A stretch of DNA of 27,191 nucleotides from Lysobacterales bacterium (GCA_031406105.1 JANOGQ010000603.1:1-27191); one strand, 5' to 3'; counted from the first letter of the stretch, positions 14,941-25,287 are shown. The notes: generated by a model not told the origin, from the letters alone. A program made the numbers and translations.

Positions 14941-15438
14941 TTACTCAGGAATCAGGACCGTGTCGATCACATGGATTACGCCGTTGGTGGCGGCAATGTC
15001 GGTTGCTGTTACGGTCGCGCCGTTCACTGAAACCGTGCCGTCTACTACACTGATGGCTACGTCAGCGCCATTTACCGTGGTGGCGGAAGTCAATTTCACT
15101 ACATCAGCAGCCATTACTTTCCCTGCAACTACGTGGTAGGTCAGGATGGCGGTCAGCTGAGCCTTATTTTCAGGCAGCAGCAGTGATTCGACGGTGCCTG
15201 CTGGCAATTTTGCGAAGGCTGCATCGGTTGGTGCAAACACGGTGAACGGTCCTTCGGATTTCAGCGTATCGATCAGGCCTGCTGCGGTCAGCGCTGTGGC
15301 CAGGGTTCCGAAGCTACCTGCTGCTACGGCTGTATCGACGATGTCTTTCTTGTCTCCGTGCATATCGGCAAACAAGTTTGCGGAAACAAGCACGGCCGCG
15401 GAAGCAATCACTGAGAGGGAAATATTTTTGAAGTTCAT
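14941..15438 (-). CDS. Secreted fasciclin (FAS1) domain protein
   Basis: Signal peptide; [13 protein letters not shown] and [15 protein letters not shown]1 motifs. Confidence 0.96.
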   Translation of the reverse strand: MNFKNISLSVIASAAVLVSANLFADMHGDKKDIVDTAVAAGSFGTLATALTAAGLIDTLKSEGPFTVFAPTDAAFAKLPAGTVESLLLPENKAQLTAILTYHVVAGKVMAADVVKLTSATTVNGADVAISVVDGTVSVNGATVTATDIAATNGVIHVIDTVLIPE

Positions 15439-15508
15439 GACACTGGCTCCTTGGGGTAAGTTTGTTCAGAGGCGCTACTTTAGGTTTCACCCCATGAATT
15501 AGCCGTGA

Positions 15509-15541
15509 ATAATTTGTGTATAACTATACAATTATTGTACT
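15509..15541 (-). promoter_or_regulatory. Putative CarH/LitR operator (11-bp direct repeats) upstream of fasciclin
   Basis: Minus strand AGTACAATAAT-TGTATAGTTAT-ACACAAATTAT; nearly identical to 16868-16900. Confidence 0.7.
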
Positions 15542-15585
15542 TTCGTGCGATTTCGGCTCTGAATTCGATAAAAATCAAGTCCCCC

Positions 15586-15616
15586 AAAAAACAAAACGGG
15601 AGCCAGAGCTCCCGTT
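15586..15616 (-). terminator. Rho-independent terminator downstream of DUF4397 gene
   Basis: AACGGGAGC-caga-GCTCCCGTT (15595-15616) with an A-run on the + strand. Confidence 0.75.
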
Positions 15617-15650
15617 TCGTTCAAAGTTACAAGCAGGTCAGTTCAGCGTC

Positions 15651-16727
15651 TTACTCCAGGGAACAACCCAGGGGAGCAACAAGCCGCGTGGCCGTATACA
15701 TATTGACCGAAGCCTGGCCAATCCGCACTGTAGCCATGGCATCAAAACAGCCCAGGATTTCGAACTCGATGGTACCCACGGCCTCAGTGACAACTTCCAG
15801 TCCTTCCTGGGTTCCGCCACCGGTGTTCAGATACAAGGTGGTTTCTGCAACCAGTCCATCAAAACCGGCTGGGCCGCTGTCAAAGGTGTAGAAGAACGGA
15901 GCACCATGATCGTTGTAGGTGTACCAGGTACCTACCAGGCGATTTTCAGAAGGAACGGGTTGCAGAATAAAGCCCACACCCGAGCCTTCCTGCAAACCCC
16001 ACCAGCCATTGGCGCTGTTGTCTACCGGAGCCCGCAGGGGCAGCATTCCCAGTGGATAAGCCAGGATACCCAGATCCTGGTTGATGCCATCACCCACCGC
16101 AAACAGGGTCAGAATGGCGCCCGCCGGAATGGCTGCAGGCAAGGGATCAATGTAGTTCACCGAGCCATCATTGGAAGCCACTTTCAAATCATAGGTACCG
16201 GCCGGAATTTCCAGATAGCCGCTGTTGGCCTTGTAGGGCACACCCACTAAACCGCCCACCACATCGCCGCCAGCGGTGCGAATGGATACTTCGGTGTCTG
16301 CCAGATCCGCTGCAAAAGGTGCGGCATGCACTACGCGAATTTTTGCATTGCCCGATGCTGGCGCGCTGTTATTGTCAACCAAAGCCGTTAATTCCAGTGG
16401 CTGTGTGCTGCCGTTGCCGATTGCAAACACGCTGTAATCTGTGCCATCGGTCAATACAAACGTCGCAGTCATGGCGGGCGTCGTAGCTCCCACCGGTACG
16501 ATATCAATTTTATAGCTGCCGGCTGGCAACGCTGTATAAGGCACAAAATCAGTGAAACGGACATTCTGAAATGCCGTATTTCCATTGATCAGGATGTTGA
16601 CAGCGGTTCCATTCAGGGTGTCGGCGAAGGGTGCAAGGTGCAACACTGCCACCCGGGCAACAGCAAAGGCTGACTGTGAAGCCATCAGTGCCATCATCGA
16701 AATTGCTACAAATATCAGTTTTTTCAT
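15651..16727 (-). CDS. Secreted DUF4397-domain protein
   Basis: Signal peptide MKKLIFVAI...AFA; two repeats RVAVLHLAP / KIRVVHAAP; start set at ATG 16727 with GGAG RBS. Confidence 0.85.
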   Translation of the reverse strand: MKKLIFVAISMMALMASQSAFAVARVAVLHLAPFADTLNGTAVNILINGNTAFQNVRFTDFVPYTALPAGSYKIDIVPVGATTPAMTATFVLTDGTDYSVFAIGNGSTQPLELTALVDNNSAPASGNAKIRVVHAAPFAADLADTEVSIRTAGGDVVGGLVGVPYKANSGYLEIPAGTYDLKVASNDGSVNYIDPLPAAIPAGAILTLFAVGDGINQDLGILAYPLGMLPLRAPVDNSANGWWGLQEGSGVGFILQPVPSENRLVGTWYTYNDHGAPFFYTFDSGPAGFDGLVAETTLYLNTGGGTQEGLEVVTEAVGTIEFEILGCFDAMATVRIGQASVNMYTATRLVAPLGCSLE

Positions 16728-16867
16728 CACGTACTCCATATCTCTGGTAAAGGGGTCTGGTAAAAATTCAAGGTTCCATGGTGCTTGCTGTTCCGGGCGA
16801 TTCCGCGTCTGCCCTTACTGCTCGAATTGAGCCAGATAAGACTGGAAAGCGCCTGCGTGGATCGAAA

Positions 16868-16965
16868 TGTACAATATTTGTATAGATAATTGCAAGCCTG
16901 ATTGAGCAATTAATTCGCCATATTTGCCAATAAACCAAGTTTGTGTATACTTGTCGTACACTTTT
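16868..16965. promoter_or_regulatory. Putative CarH/LitR operators in the divergent promoter region
   Basis: TGTACAATATT-TGTATAGATAA-TTGCAAGCCTG (16868-16900) and TGTATACTTGT-CGTACACTTTT (16944-16965), both with 11-bp periodicity. Confidence 0.7.
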
Positions 16966-16994
16966 GTTTCCTAAAATCAGGCACATTGATCATC

Positions 16995-17912
16995 ATGCAA
17001 ACGCAACCGGGTGGGGAATATACGGGCGAAAAACTGTACACAATCGGTACTGTTTCCAAATTAACTGGCGTGGGGCCGATTACCCTGCGCGCCTGGGAGC
17101 GGCGTTATGAGCTGATCCAGCCGGTGCGGAAGGAGAGCGGTCACCGGCTCTATACGCGCAAACACATAGACCAGATCATCCGCATCACCGCACTTACTGG
17201 CCAGGGAATCCGCATCAGCCAGATATACCCGGAAATGCTCGAATCGGCCGAGTCTTCTGAGGGCGGCGATCAACAGCCACCAGATCAATGGCGTGATTAT
17301 CTCGACAGTCTGCTTTCTGCCATCGTGAGTTTCGATGAAAACCGCCTGGAAGAGGTATACAACGAGGCGCTGTCCTTATACCCGATTGAATTGGTTACAC
17401 GCAGGCTTTTAAGGCCGCTTTTGATAGAACTCGGATTACGTTGGGTGGCCAATCAAGGCAGTATTGCCGAAGAGCACTTTTTTGCTTTTTACCTGCGCAA
17501 CAAACTGGGTGCACGCTTCCATCATCGCTCGCGTAGCAAAACCGGGCAGCAGCTTCTGCTGGCTGGTCTGCCGGGTGAATTTCATGAAATCGCTTTGCTG
17601 TTGTTTTCACTCGCAGCTAACGAGCGGGGCTACCAGCTCATTTCCCTGGGAGCCAACATGCCACTGAACGAACTGGCCACAGTTGCAAAAGTGACCCGCG
17701 CAGATGCAGTAGTGCTGTCAGGCGCACTCAATCCTGAAAAAAAGAGCTTCGCCTCCGAACTGGCGAACTTAACGGCCAATTGCAAGGTTCCGGTTTTTAT
17801 TGGCGGGCAAGCCTCTGTGCAGGCCTGTGATGTCATCAATAAAGCAGGCGCCATTGCGCTCGGCAACGATCTGGAACTGGGCCTGCAGCGCATCGCTGAG
17901 AAACTGTCTTGA
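16995..17912 (+). CDS. MerR-family regulator with cobalamin-binding domain (CarH/LitR-like photoreceptor)
   Basis: MerR HTH (YTIGTVSKLTGV...LRAWERRY..I.P.R...GHRLY); W-x9-EH (WVANQGSIAEEH); GEFHEI and LGANMP B12 motifs; start set at ATG 16995. Confidence 0.88.
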   Translation: MQTQPGGEYTGEKLYTIGTVSKLTGVGPITLRAWERRYELIQPVRKESGHRLYTRKHIDQIIRITALTGQGIRISQIYPEMLESAESSEGGDQQPPDQWRDYLDSLLSAIVSFDENRLEEVYNEALSLYPIELVTRRLLRPLLIELGLRWVANQGSIAEEHFFAFYLRNKLGARFHHRSRSKTGQQLLLAGLPGEFHEIALLLFSLAANERGYQLISLGANMPLNELATVAKVTRADAVVLSGALNPEKKSFASELANLTANCKVPVFIGGQASVQACDVINKAGAIALGNDLELGLQRIAEKLS

Positions 17913-18036
17913 TGACCGCAGCTTAATAGTCCCAATTCCTACAGCCTCTGCTATGCTGGCTGCACTTCCGCCAGCCGCCCGTCCTGGCCGGTTCGCTGAA
18001 TCCTTGATCTCCAACCCATAAAAAAGGAGGCAGACA

Positions 18037-19566
18037 GTGAGCGCACAATCCAACGTGCCCGCCCATTTACCCGGCGTTCCGGGATTACCCCCAGGTGATT
18101 TCCTGGGGCATCCCAAAGCCCTTTGGAAGTTATCCAACATTGAATTGTGGGAGCGCTTTGCTTTCTATGGCATGCGCGCCTTGCTGGCGGTTTATGTTGC
18201 AACCACCTTCTTCGGCCATCTCGGCGATCAGGCCAATTCGCAGGCCAGCCTGGTGTATGGCGGCTACACCGCGCTGGTTTATGCTACCGGCATCATCGGT
18301 GGCTACATCGCCGATCGCGTTTTGGGCTATCAGCGAGCCATCCTGCTCGGCGCAATAGTGATGGCGGCCGGTCTGTTCGTTCTGTTGATGGAAGACCTGC
18401 ACTGGTTCCTGGTGGGCCTGTCACTGGTGGTGGCGGGTAATGGCCTGTTCAAACCCAATATTTCGGTCATGGTCGGCAAGGTCTATACGCAAGCCGATGT
18501 GCGCAGGGATTCCGGCTTTACCGTGTTCTACATGGGCATCAATATGGGTGCCTTTATTGCCCCGTTCATCACCGCTGCCTGGATTGGTACCGCTTTCGGC
18601 ATGAAATACGGCTTCGCGGCGGCTGGCGTGGGCATGATTCTGAGCATGCTGTTCCTGGAATTTGCCAAAGGCTCGCTGGGCCCCATCGGCCAACCGGGGC
18701 AGGGTAAAGACAGCTGGGGGCGCTTCTTCCTCGTTGGCCTGGGTGTGCTGGTGATGGCCTTCGTGGTGTATTTTCTGTTGTCTGAGAGCACCATCCTGGG
18801 TTATTTGCTGGTGATTACGATGTTCGGGCTGGCCACCTACTTCATCTATTCCGGCGTGCGCAGCGGCGACAAAGTGCAGATGCGTCGGTACATCGCCATG
18901 TTGATCCTGTTCCTGGCCAATTCCTGCTTCTGGGCCCTGTTCGAACAGGCGGGTTCGTCGATGAATTTCTTCGCGCGCGAACACACCACGCCTATGTTCG
19001 GCAGCATGGAACTCTGGCAGGCGGGTGGATTTGGTGTATTCCAGTCAGCCAATCCGCTGTTCATCCTGCTCTTTGCACCGATATTTGCTGCGCTTTGGCC
19101 CAAGCTGGAAACCAAGGGTCTCAATCCTTCCATCCCACGTAAATTTTCTTTCGCCCTGGTCCAGGTGGCGCTGGGCTTCTTCCTGCTGGTGTTTGCCATC
19201 AACAACTTCCAGAACGCAGCTGGCCTGGTGCCCTGGATCTTCCTGGGTCTGTGCTATCTGCTGCACACCACTGGCGAGTTGTGCCTCTCACCGATTGGGC
19301 TTTCCATGGTGACCAAACTGGCGGCTGAGAAGGAAACCGGCCTGGCCATGGGCGGCTGGTTCCTGTCCATCGCCATGGCGCAGTATGTAGCGGGCCTGTT
19401 TGCAGCCGTTGCATCAGGTGGAGGCGGGCACGGCACAGAGGCCGGTGCGGGCATTGCCCAATACGCAGAAACCTATATGTTGTTGACCTGGATAGGGCTC
19501 GGTTTTGGCGTGGCCTACTTTTTGGCTGCACCGCTGATCAACAAGCTGATGCATGGGGTGAAGTAA
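18037..19566 (+). CDS. POT/PTR2 family proton-dependent oligopeptide transporter
   Basis: GHPKAL...ELWERFAFYGMRA (ExxERFxYY-like); GNGLFKPNI; FYMGINMGA; GELCLSPIGLS. Confidence 0.96.
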   Translation: MSAQSNVPAHLPGVPGLPPGDFLGHPKALWKLSNIELWERFAFYGMRALLAVYVATTFFGHLGDQANSQASLVYGGYTALVYATGIIGGYIADRVLGYQRAILLGAIVMAAGLFVLLMEDLHWFLVGLSLVVAGNGLFKPNISVMVGKVYTQADVRRDSGFTVFYMGINMGAFIAPFITAAWIGTAFGMKYGFAAAGVGMILSMLFLEFAKGSLGPIGQPGQGKDSWGRFFLVGLGVLVMAFVVYFLLSESTILGYLLVITMFGLATYFIYSGVRSGDKVQMRRYIAMLILFLANSCFWALFEQAGSSMNFFAREHTTPMFGSMELWQAGGFGVFQSANPLFILLFAPIFAALWPKLETKGLNPSIPRKFSFALVQVALGFFLLVFAINNFQNAAGLVPWIFLGLCYLLHTTGELCLSPIGLSMVTKLAAEKETGLAMGGWFLSIAMAQYVAGLFAAVASGGGGHGTEAGAGIAQYAETYMLLTWIGLGFGVAYFLAAPLINKLMHGVK

Positions 19567-19608
19567 GGCGCCGCTCCGGCCCGGATCAAGCCCGGGGTGA
19601 TGGTTCAG

Positions 19609-19632
19609 AAAACCCGGTTAGCCGGGTTTTTT
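19609..19632. terminator. Bidirectional rho-independent terminator
   Basis: AAAACCCGG-ttag-CCGGGTTTTTT between convergent genes. Confidence 0.85.
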
Positions 19633-19650
19633 GTCGTCGGTTTCAGGATT

Positions 19651-20052
19651 TTATGGGTTTGGAGGGTTAGTGCAGGGTGAGGGGCTGCAGATGGCAACGC
19701 TGTCGGAACTGGCAACGAGCACGATCAGGCCAATGATTGCCAGCCCGCCGAGTATGTAAGCCCAGGTTTCATTGCTGTCCCGACTGCTTGGGTTTTCCAC
19801 TTTCAGGCTGCGCATGTCTTCGTAGCGGAAGAAGCCCATCGAACCACCCAGGCCTTCGGGCGTCATCTCAGTGACGCGAAATTTGGTGCTTTGCCGGTCC
19901 AGAGTAGTCACTTCAACCAGGCTACCGAAATCCACACCGCTGGGCTGCGGTTGTTGCATGGCCCGTTCCACGCTGACCGGTTGCATGGTCGTGCAAGCAG
20001 CAAGGTTGAAAAGCATCAGGCAAAGCAGGTAGCGAACGGTTAATGTTTTCAT
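19651..20052 (-). CDS. Hypothetical lipoprotein
   Basis: Lipobox LAAC after a hydrophobic signal; C-terminal hydrophobic segment. Confidence 0.75.
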   Translation of the reverse strand: MKTLTVRYLLCLMLFNLAACTTMQPVSVERAMQQPQPSGVDFGSLVEVTTLDRQSTKFRVTEMTPEGLGGSMGFFRYEDMRSLKVENPSSRDSNETWAYILGGLAIIGLIVLVASSDSVAICSPSPCTNPPNP

Positions 20053-20121
20053 GCCGGGATTTTAGCGCGAACTTGCCCGGCGCTGATAGAATCATTTTTC
20101 ACTTTGAGCTGGAATAAGCGC

Positions 20122-21882
20122 ATGACCATTTTTCTCAAGGGCTTTCGAGCAGCAGCGCTTGCGCTGATTTGCCTTTTCCTGCTGCTGGCCTGTCAACCTG
20201 CTGACCAGCCGGCCCTGCCCGAGGCCAGCGCTGAAAACGTTCCGGTAAGCGAACCCTCCGCAAGCTGGACAGCCTTTATTGACGGGCAGATCGAAGCGTA
20301 TCTGGCGGCTCATCCCGCCTGGGCTGTGGTACAAGGGCGGCACGAATTTGATGGCCAACTGCCCGATTGGAGTGCAGAAGGTATCGCTACAGAAGTTGCC
20401 CGATTGCGCGCGGCACGTGAATCTGCCAGAGAGTTTTCTGCCGATGAATTGGGCGAACAGGGTGAGATTCAGCGGGATTATTTTATTGCCATCATGGATC
20501 GCGCCTTGTTCTGGCTGGACAAGGCCGAATGGCCATTTGTGAACCCGGCTTTTTACTTCGACTGGATGATGGATACGCTGGACCCCAGCCCCTATATCAC
20601 ACGGAACTACGCAGCCATTGAACAGCGCATGCAGGCTTACACCCGCTATGCCACCAACCTGCCTCGGGCTGCTGCGCAAATCCGCGATAACCTGCGCATG
20701 CCCATGTCGCGCACCCGCCTCGAGTATGGCATCAGTTCCTTTGGTGGAATGGCGGATTACTTCACCAACGATCTGCCCTCGGTATTTGCTGAGGTCCAGG
20801 ATGAAACCCTGCAAGCAGAATTCGCCGCAGCCAATGCCGCCGCGGCCCAGGCTTTAACAGAACTGACAGACTGGCTGAAATCCAACCGCAGCACAGCCAC
20901 TGAAGATTATGCCATCGGGCCGGAATTGTTCAGCCAGATGGTGTTTGACACTGAACGTGTTTCAGCCAGCCTGGCAGAGCTGGAAGCCATGGGGCGTGAA
21001 GACCTGCGGCGCAATCAGCTGGCCTTGGGTGAAGCCTGTGCCGAATTCGCTCCGGGTGAATCGATACGCGCCTGCTTTGCGAAGATGTCGAATCGCAAAC
21101 CACAGGGTGGCCCGGTTGAGGCGGCACGTGAGCAGTTGATCGAACTGAAGGCCTTCATGCTGGAACAAGACCTGGCAACCATACCAGGCACTGAAGAGGC
21201 GCTGGTTGCAGAATCGCCTCCCTACGCTCGTTCTAATGCGGCTTATATCAATATTCCCGGCCCTTACGAGCAAAACCAGCCATCGGTGTATTACATTTCT
21301 CCACCTGATCCCAGATGGACCGAAGAAGTGCAGCAGGACTATGTGCCGGGCGAGTCCGACCTGCTGTTTACTTCGGTACACGAAGTCTGGCCCGGGCACT
21401 TCCTGAATTTCCTGCATGCCAATCGGACCGACTGGGAGTTTGGTCGCTTGTTTGTCAGTTATGCTTTCGCTGAAGGCTGGGCTCACTACACCGAGGAGAT
21501 GATGATGGATGCGGGCTTGCGTGGCGGCTCGGCAGAAACCCGCATTGGCCAGTTATCCAATGCCTTGATGCGTAATGTTCGTTTTATTTGCGCTATAGGC
21601 TTGCACACGGCCGGTATGAGCGTGGCGGAATGCGAGCAGATGTTTATCGAGGAAGCTTACCAGGGCGAGGGCACCGCCAGGCAGCAAGCTGCGCGTGGCA
21701 CCTATGATCCTGGTTATCTCAACTACACACTGGGCAAGCTGTTGATCCGTCAGTTGCGTAACGACTGGACTGCCGATAAAGGCGGCCGTGAAGCCTGGCG
21801 TGATTTTCACGATGAGTTTCTGTCTTACGGCGGGCCGCCCATACCGCTGGTGCGGGCGCAGATGATGCCTGATGGACATTGA
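20122..21882 (+). CDS. DUF885 family lipoprotein
   Basis: Lipobox LLAC; HEVWPGH, AEGWAHYTE and YTLGKL motifs; start set at ATG 20122. Confidence 0.92.
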   Translation: MTIFLKGFRAAALALICLFLLLACQPADQPALPEASAENVPVSEPSASWTAFIDGQIEAYLAAHPAWAVVQGRHEFDGQLPDWSAEGIATEVARLRAARESAREFSADELGEQGEIQRDYFIAIMDRALFWLDKAEWPFVNPAFYFDWMMDTLDPSPYITRNYAAIEQRMQAYTRYATNLPRAAAQIRDNLRMPMSRTRLEYGISSFGGMADYFTNDLPSVFAEVQDETLQAEFAAANAAAAQALTELTDWLKSNRSTATEDYAIGPELFSQMVFDTERVSASLAELEAMGREDLRRNQLALGEACAEFAPGESIRACFAKMSNRKPQGGPVEAAREQLIELKAFMLEQDLATIPGTEEALVAESPPYARSNAAYINIPGPYEQNQPSVYYISPPDPRWTEEVQQDYVPGESDLLFTSVHEVWPGHFLNFLHANRTDWEFGRLFVSYAFAEGWAHYTEEMMMDAGLRGGSAETRIGQLSNALMRNVRFICAIGLHTAGMSVAECEQMFIEEAYQGEGTARQQAARGTYDPGYLNYTLGKLLIRQLRNDWTADKGGREAWRDFHDEFLSYGGPPIPLVRAQMMPDGH

Positions 21883-23290
21883 GTTTTTTGGCGCTGCGGG
21901 TGAGGTAACCGGCTCTTGCCATATTTTGCGGGTGGGCGATCAGACGATACTGCTTGATTGTGGGCTGATCCAGGGCAGCCGCAAGGATGAAGCGCGCAAT
22001 CACGATCCCTTTCCCTTTGCGGCCGACTCCATTGATGCAGTGGTTCTCAGCCACTCTCATCTCGATCATTGTGGTCGCTTGCCTTTGTTGGTCAAGCGTG
22101 GATTTCGCGGGCCCATCTACGTGCATGAAGCTGCCGCAGAACTGACGGCCATCTTGCTGTCAGATGCAGCCCATCTGGCCGAGCGTGATGCCGAGTACCA
22201 GACGCGCAAAACCGGCAAGAATGTAAAGCCCTTATTCACCGTGGAAGATGGTGCCGCGGTCATGCGCCAGCTCAAAGCCAGGAAGTATCGGCAGCGTTTC
22301 CCGGTGGTACCCGGCATCGAAGTGTGCTTTCGGGATGCAGGTCATATCCTGGGCTCCTGTGCCGTTGAGATATTTGCCACTGAGCAGGATCGCGAGGTCA
22401 AGCTGGTGTTTTCCGGTGACCTGGGGCAGTACGACACTCCCATACTGAACGATCCGGAATGCATTGAGTCTGCCGACTACGTGCTGATGGAATCCACTTA
22501 CGGTAATCGACGTCATCGCAACCGGGCTGAAACCGTCAAGGAAATTGGCGAAATATTCAGCACGGTTCGGGCTGAAAAAGGCAATGTGCTGATTCCGGCT
22601 TTTGCCATCGGGCGCACTCAGGAAGTCTTGTACATGCTGGGCAAGCATTACGAGGAATGGGAGCTGGACCGCTTCCAGATTTTTCTCGACAGCCCTATGG
22701 CGATTGAAGCTTCTAAAGTTTACTGGGAACACCCTCATCTGTACGACGAGGAAGCCACGCAACTTTTCAAGGAAAATGGCGGCATGCCGCAGCTACCCAA
22801 TCTCAAGCTTTCGAAAGATACCGAAGATTCCATGGCCATCAACCGCATCCGCTCAGGCGCCATCATTATTGCTGGCAGTGGTATGTGTAACGGCGGTCGA
22901 ATTGTGCATCATCTCAAGCACAATCTGCCTGATACCCGTAACCACGTGATCATCGTTGGCTATCAAGCCTTTGGTTCCACCGGTCGGCGCCTGGTGGATG
23001 GCCAGCCCACGGTGCGAATTCATGGGGAGGATGTGCAGGTACGGGCAAAAATTCACACCGTGGGTGGCTTGTCTGCGCATGGTGACCAGGACGACCTGGC
23101 GCGTTGGTATGAATGTATGTCCGATGTCAGCGGCTCGACCGCTGCGCAGTCTCAACTGCAGAAAAATCGCCCGCCCATCTGGCTGGTGCATGGCGAGCGC
23201 GAATCACAAGTAGCCTTCAGTCAATACCTGAGCCAGCGCAATGGTGCCAAAGTTCACTTGCCCGATCCGGGCGAAAGATTACAGCTCTAG
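21872..23290 (+). CDS. MBL-fold metallo-hydrolase, beta-CASP/RNA specificity domain
   Basis: GAAGEVTGSC, HSHLDHCGRL, AGHILGS, MESTYG, SAHGD and LVHGE motifs. Confidence 0.95.
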   Translation: MDIEFFGAAGEVTGSCHILRVGDQTILLDCGLIQGSRKDEARNHDPFPFAADSIDAVVLSHSHLDHCGRLPLLVKRGFRGPIYVHEAAAELTAILLSDAAHLAERDAEYQTRKTGKNVKPLFTVEDGAAVMRQLKARKYRQRFPVVPGIEVCFRDAGHILGSCAVEIFATEQDREVKLVFSGDLGQYDTPILNDPECIESADYVLMESTYGNRRHRNRAETVKEIGEIFSTVRAEKGNVLIPAFAIGRTQEVLYMLGKHYEEWELDRFQIFLDSPMAIEASKVYWEHPHLYDEEATQLFKENGGMPQLPNLKLSKDTEDSMAINRIRSGAIIIAGSGMCNGGRIVHHLKHNLPDTRNHVIIVGYQAFGSTGRRLVDGQPTVRIHGEDVQVRAKIHTVGGLSAHGDQDDLARWYECMSDVSGSTAAQSQLQKNRPPIWLVHGERESQVAFSQYLSQRNGAKVHLPDPGERLQL

Positions 23291-23327
23291 GAGGCCGCTC
23301 ACGGGCATCCTGTACAAAAGGAGCCTT

Positions 23328-24242
23328 CTACAAGGCCAAAGTCATGAAACGGTTGCAGGCAGTGTGCCCGGTATTGCCCATCGGGCCGTCGCGCACTTCA
23401 AAGCCATGTCGCTGATAAAGCCGCTGCGCGTGGGTCATGGATGCCAGCGTTTCGAGATAACACCGGCGATAACCGGCTTTTCTTGCCGAATCCACAATCT
23501 GGCTCAGCAGCTGTGTGCCCAGGCCTTTTCCCCGAAGTTCGGGCCGGTAGTACATTTTGCGCAATTCACAAATTGAATCATCTGCTCCCGACAGAGCCGC
23601 AAAACCGCCACAACCCAGGAGTTGCCGACCCTTTTCAATCACGTAGAACGCCGCACGCGGAGCCGGATAGGCCTCAAACATGCCATCGACCTCGGCATCC
23701 TTGATGGAGTAGCCACATCCGACCGCGCCGAACTCGGTCATCACATCGCGAATAATGCGGGCAACGGCCGGGTTATCGCTGCGGCGCATGGGCCGGATGC
23801 GGTAACCCTTGCCGATGCGCGCATAGCGCAGCGCCTTGGCATAGCGCGCCAGGCCATCAACCACCGCCTCGCTGTCTGCGGCTGGCATGCAGGCGAGTGC
23901 GGCTTCTACCTGATCATTGGAATGCTGGTGCACGGCTTGCAGGCCTTTACGACCTGCAGCGGTCAGCGTGAGTAATCGCCGACGCCCATCGGCCGGGTCG
24001 GCCAGCGACTGTATCTCACCCCGCTTGACGAGAGACTTGATCTCGCGGCTCAGCTTTGACTTCTCGAGCACCAGTCGTTCACAAAGCTCGGATGCAGTAG
24101 CCTGGCCGAGGATTTCCAGTTCAGTAAGTACATGACATTCAGAAAGGCGATGGCCGCCAAAAGCCGGATGGGCATCCAGCAGATGCAACTCGCGCACCAT
24201 TTCACGGGAAGCCTGGCGAATCAGCGGTACTTGGGGTTTCAT
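23328..24242 (-). CDS. Bifunctional MarR-type HTH / GNAT acetyltransferase
   Basis: N-terminal wHTH (EKSKLSREIKSL...DGRRR); C-terminal ELRKMY..PELRGKGLG...YLET. Confidence 0.92.
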   Translation of the reverse strand: MKPQVPLIRQASREMVRELHLLDAHPAFGGHRLSECHVLTELEILGQATASELCERLVLEKSKLSREIKSLVKRGEIQSLADPADGRRRLLTLTAAGRKGLQAVHQHSNDQVEAALACMPAADSEAVVDGLARYAKALRYARIGKGYRIRPMRRSDNPAVARIIRDVMTEFGAVGCGYSIKDAEVDGMFEAYPAPRAAFYVIEKGRQLLGCGGFAALSGADDSICELRKMYYRPELRGKGLGTQLLSQIVDSARKAGYRRCYLETLASMTHAQRLYQRHGFEVRDGPMGNTGHTACNRFMTLAL

Positions 24243-24429
24243 AGTGAAAATTTACAAGCATATAGTTGCGAATTGCAACTGAAATTATTTTTCTGCTTTG
24301 CAGAATGGCTCCAACTGCACATTCCGGATGCAATTTGTGGACACTCAGGATCGAATATGGGACATTACCAATTACCCCCAACCGCAGGAAACGGATATTA
24401 CGCTTTTTGCTCCTACACAGGACTACACC

Positions 24430-24777
24430 ATGAAAAAGCCCGGTTTTGCACTGATCATTGTTTCTGTTTTCACTTCGTTGTTGCTTACTGCTCAAATAGC
24501 TTGGGCACAGACTACGACACGCGCCACCAAACCCGCCACGGCTGAGGTTCAAGCTGTTGACTCTATGACCTTGAATTTTTCCAAAGTCGTTCCCGCCAAA
24601 AAGCAGTATGTTATTTACAATAGCAGGGGGCAAAAAATCCTGGATTTGAAAGCCGGCTCAAGTACCGCCGGGGTAACCGACTGCGCGCAGATCCCTTGTC
24701 CACCCACTTTTGGAGATGACGTTGTGTGCTGGAAATGCGTGGAGCAAATAACTTCAGGTCAGGGCAGCACAGAATAA
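24430..24777 (+). CDS. Hypothetical exported protein
   Basis: Signal peptide MKKPGFALIIVSVF...AWA; Cys cluster CAQIPCP...CWKC; start set at ATG 24430. Confidence 0.7.
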   Translation: MKKPGFALIIVSVFTSLLLTAQIAWAQTTTRATKPATAEVQAVDSMTLNFSKVVPAKKQYVIYNSRGQKILDLKAGSSTAGVTDCAQIPCPPTFGDDVVCWKCVEQITSGQGSTE

Positions 24778-24831
24778 ATAGGATTTTTCAGTTTCATCAG
24801 GAGAGTACTGGCTTCCTTCAAGGAGACTTTC

Positions 24832-25158
24832 ATGTTCATCATCAGGTTAATCGGTGTTGCCGCTCTGGGTCTGGTTTTGGCTTTATCTGGCCTGAGCGGA
24901 TTATCGGTTGCAGGTCTGGCCGCACAGGAAACTCAAGCGGCGGCTGAGACACCCGTTTCGATTCGTGCGGCGATCGAACAGCAGTTGGGTAAACGCGCAA
25001 AGCTCAAACTCAAATCCGGCCAGGACCTGGAAGGTAAAGTGGTGGAAGTGCGCGCTGAAGTGGTCATTATCAAGGAACTTACCGGCATGGAATTCTTCGG
25101 TGCTACCGTGGCCCTCGACCAGGTTGCGGCGGTGATTGTGAGAACACCCACCCAGTAG
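24832..25158 (+). CDS. Hypothetical exported protein, possible Sm-like beta fold
   Basis: Signal peptide; GKRAKLKLKSGQDLEGKV...ELTGMEFF; AGGAG RBS upstream. Confidence 0.7.
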   Translation: MFIIRLIGVAALGLVLALSGLSGLSVAGLAAQETQAAAETPVSIRAAIEQQLGKRAKLKLKSGQDLEGKVVEVRAEVVIIKELTGMEFFGATVALDQVAAVIVRTPTQ

Positions 25159-25287
25159 GAAGGAGCGGGCAAGCGATCAATTCGGCTCCCAGGAGCCTCC
25201 TGCATCGGGTTTGGCCAAGTTGGCTCGCAGGGGTGGAGCGGTCTCGTCCGCGAAAAAGGTCAACCGAAGATCGGCTCCAAAGAGCCC

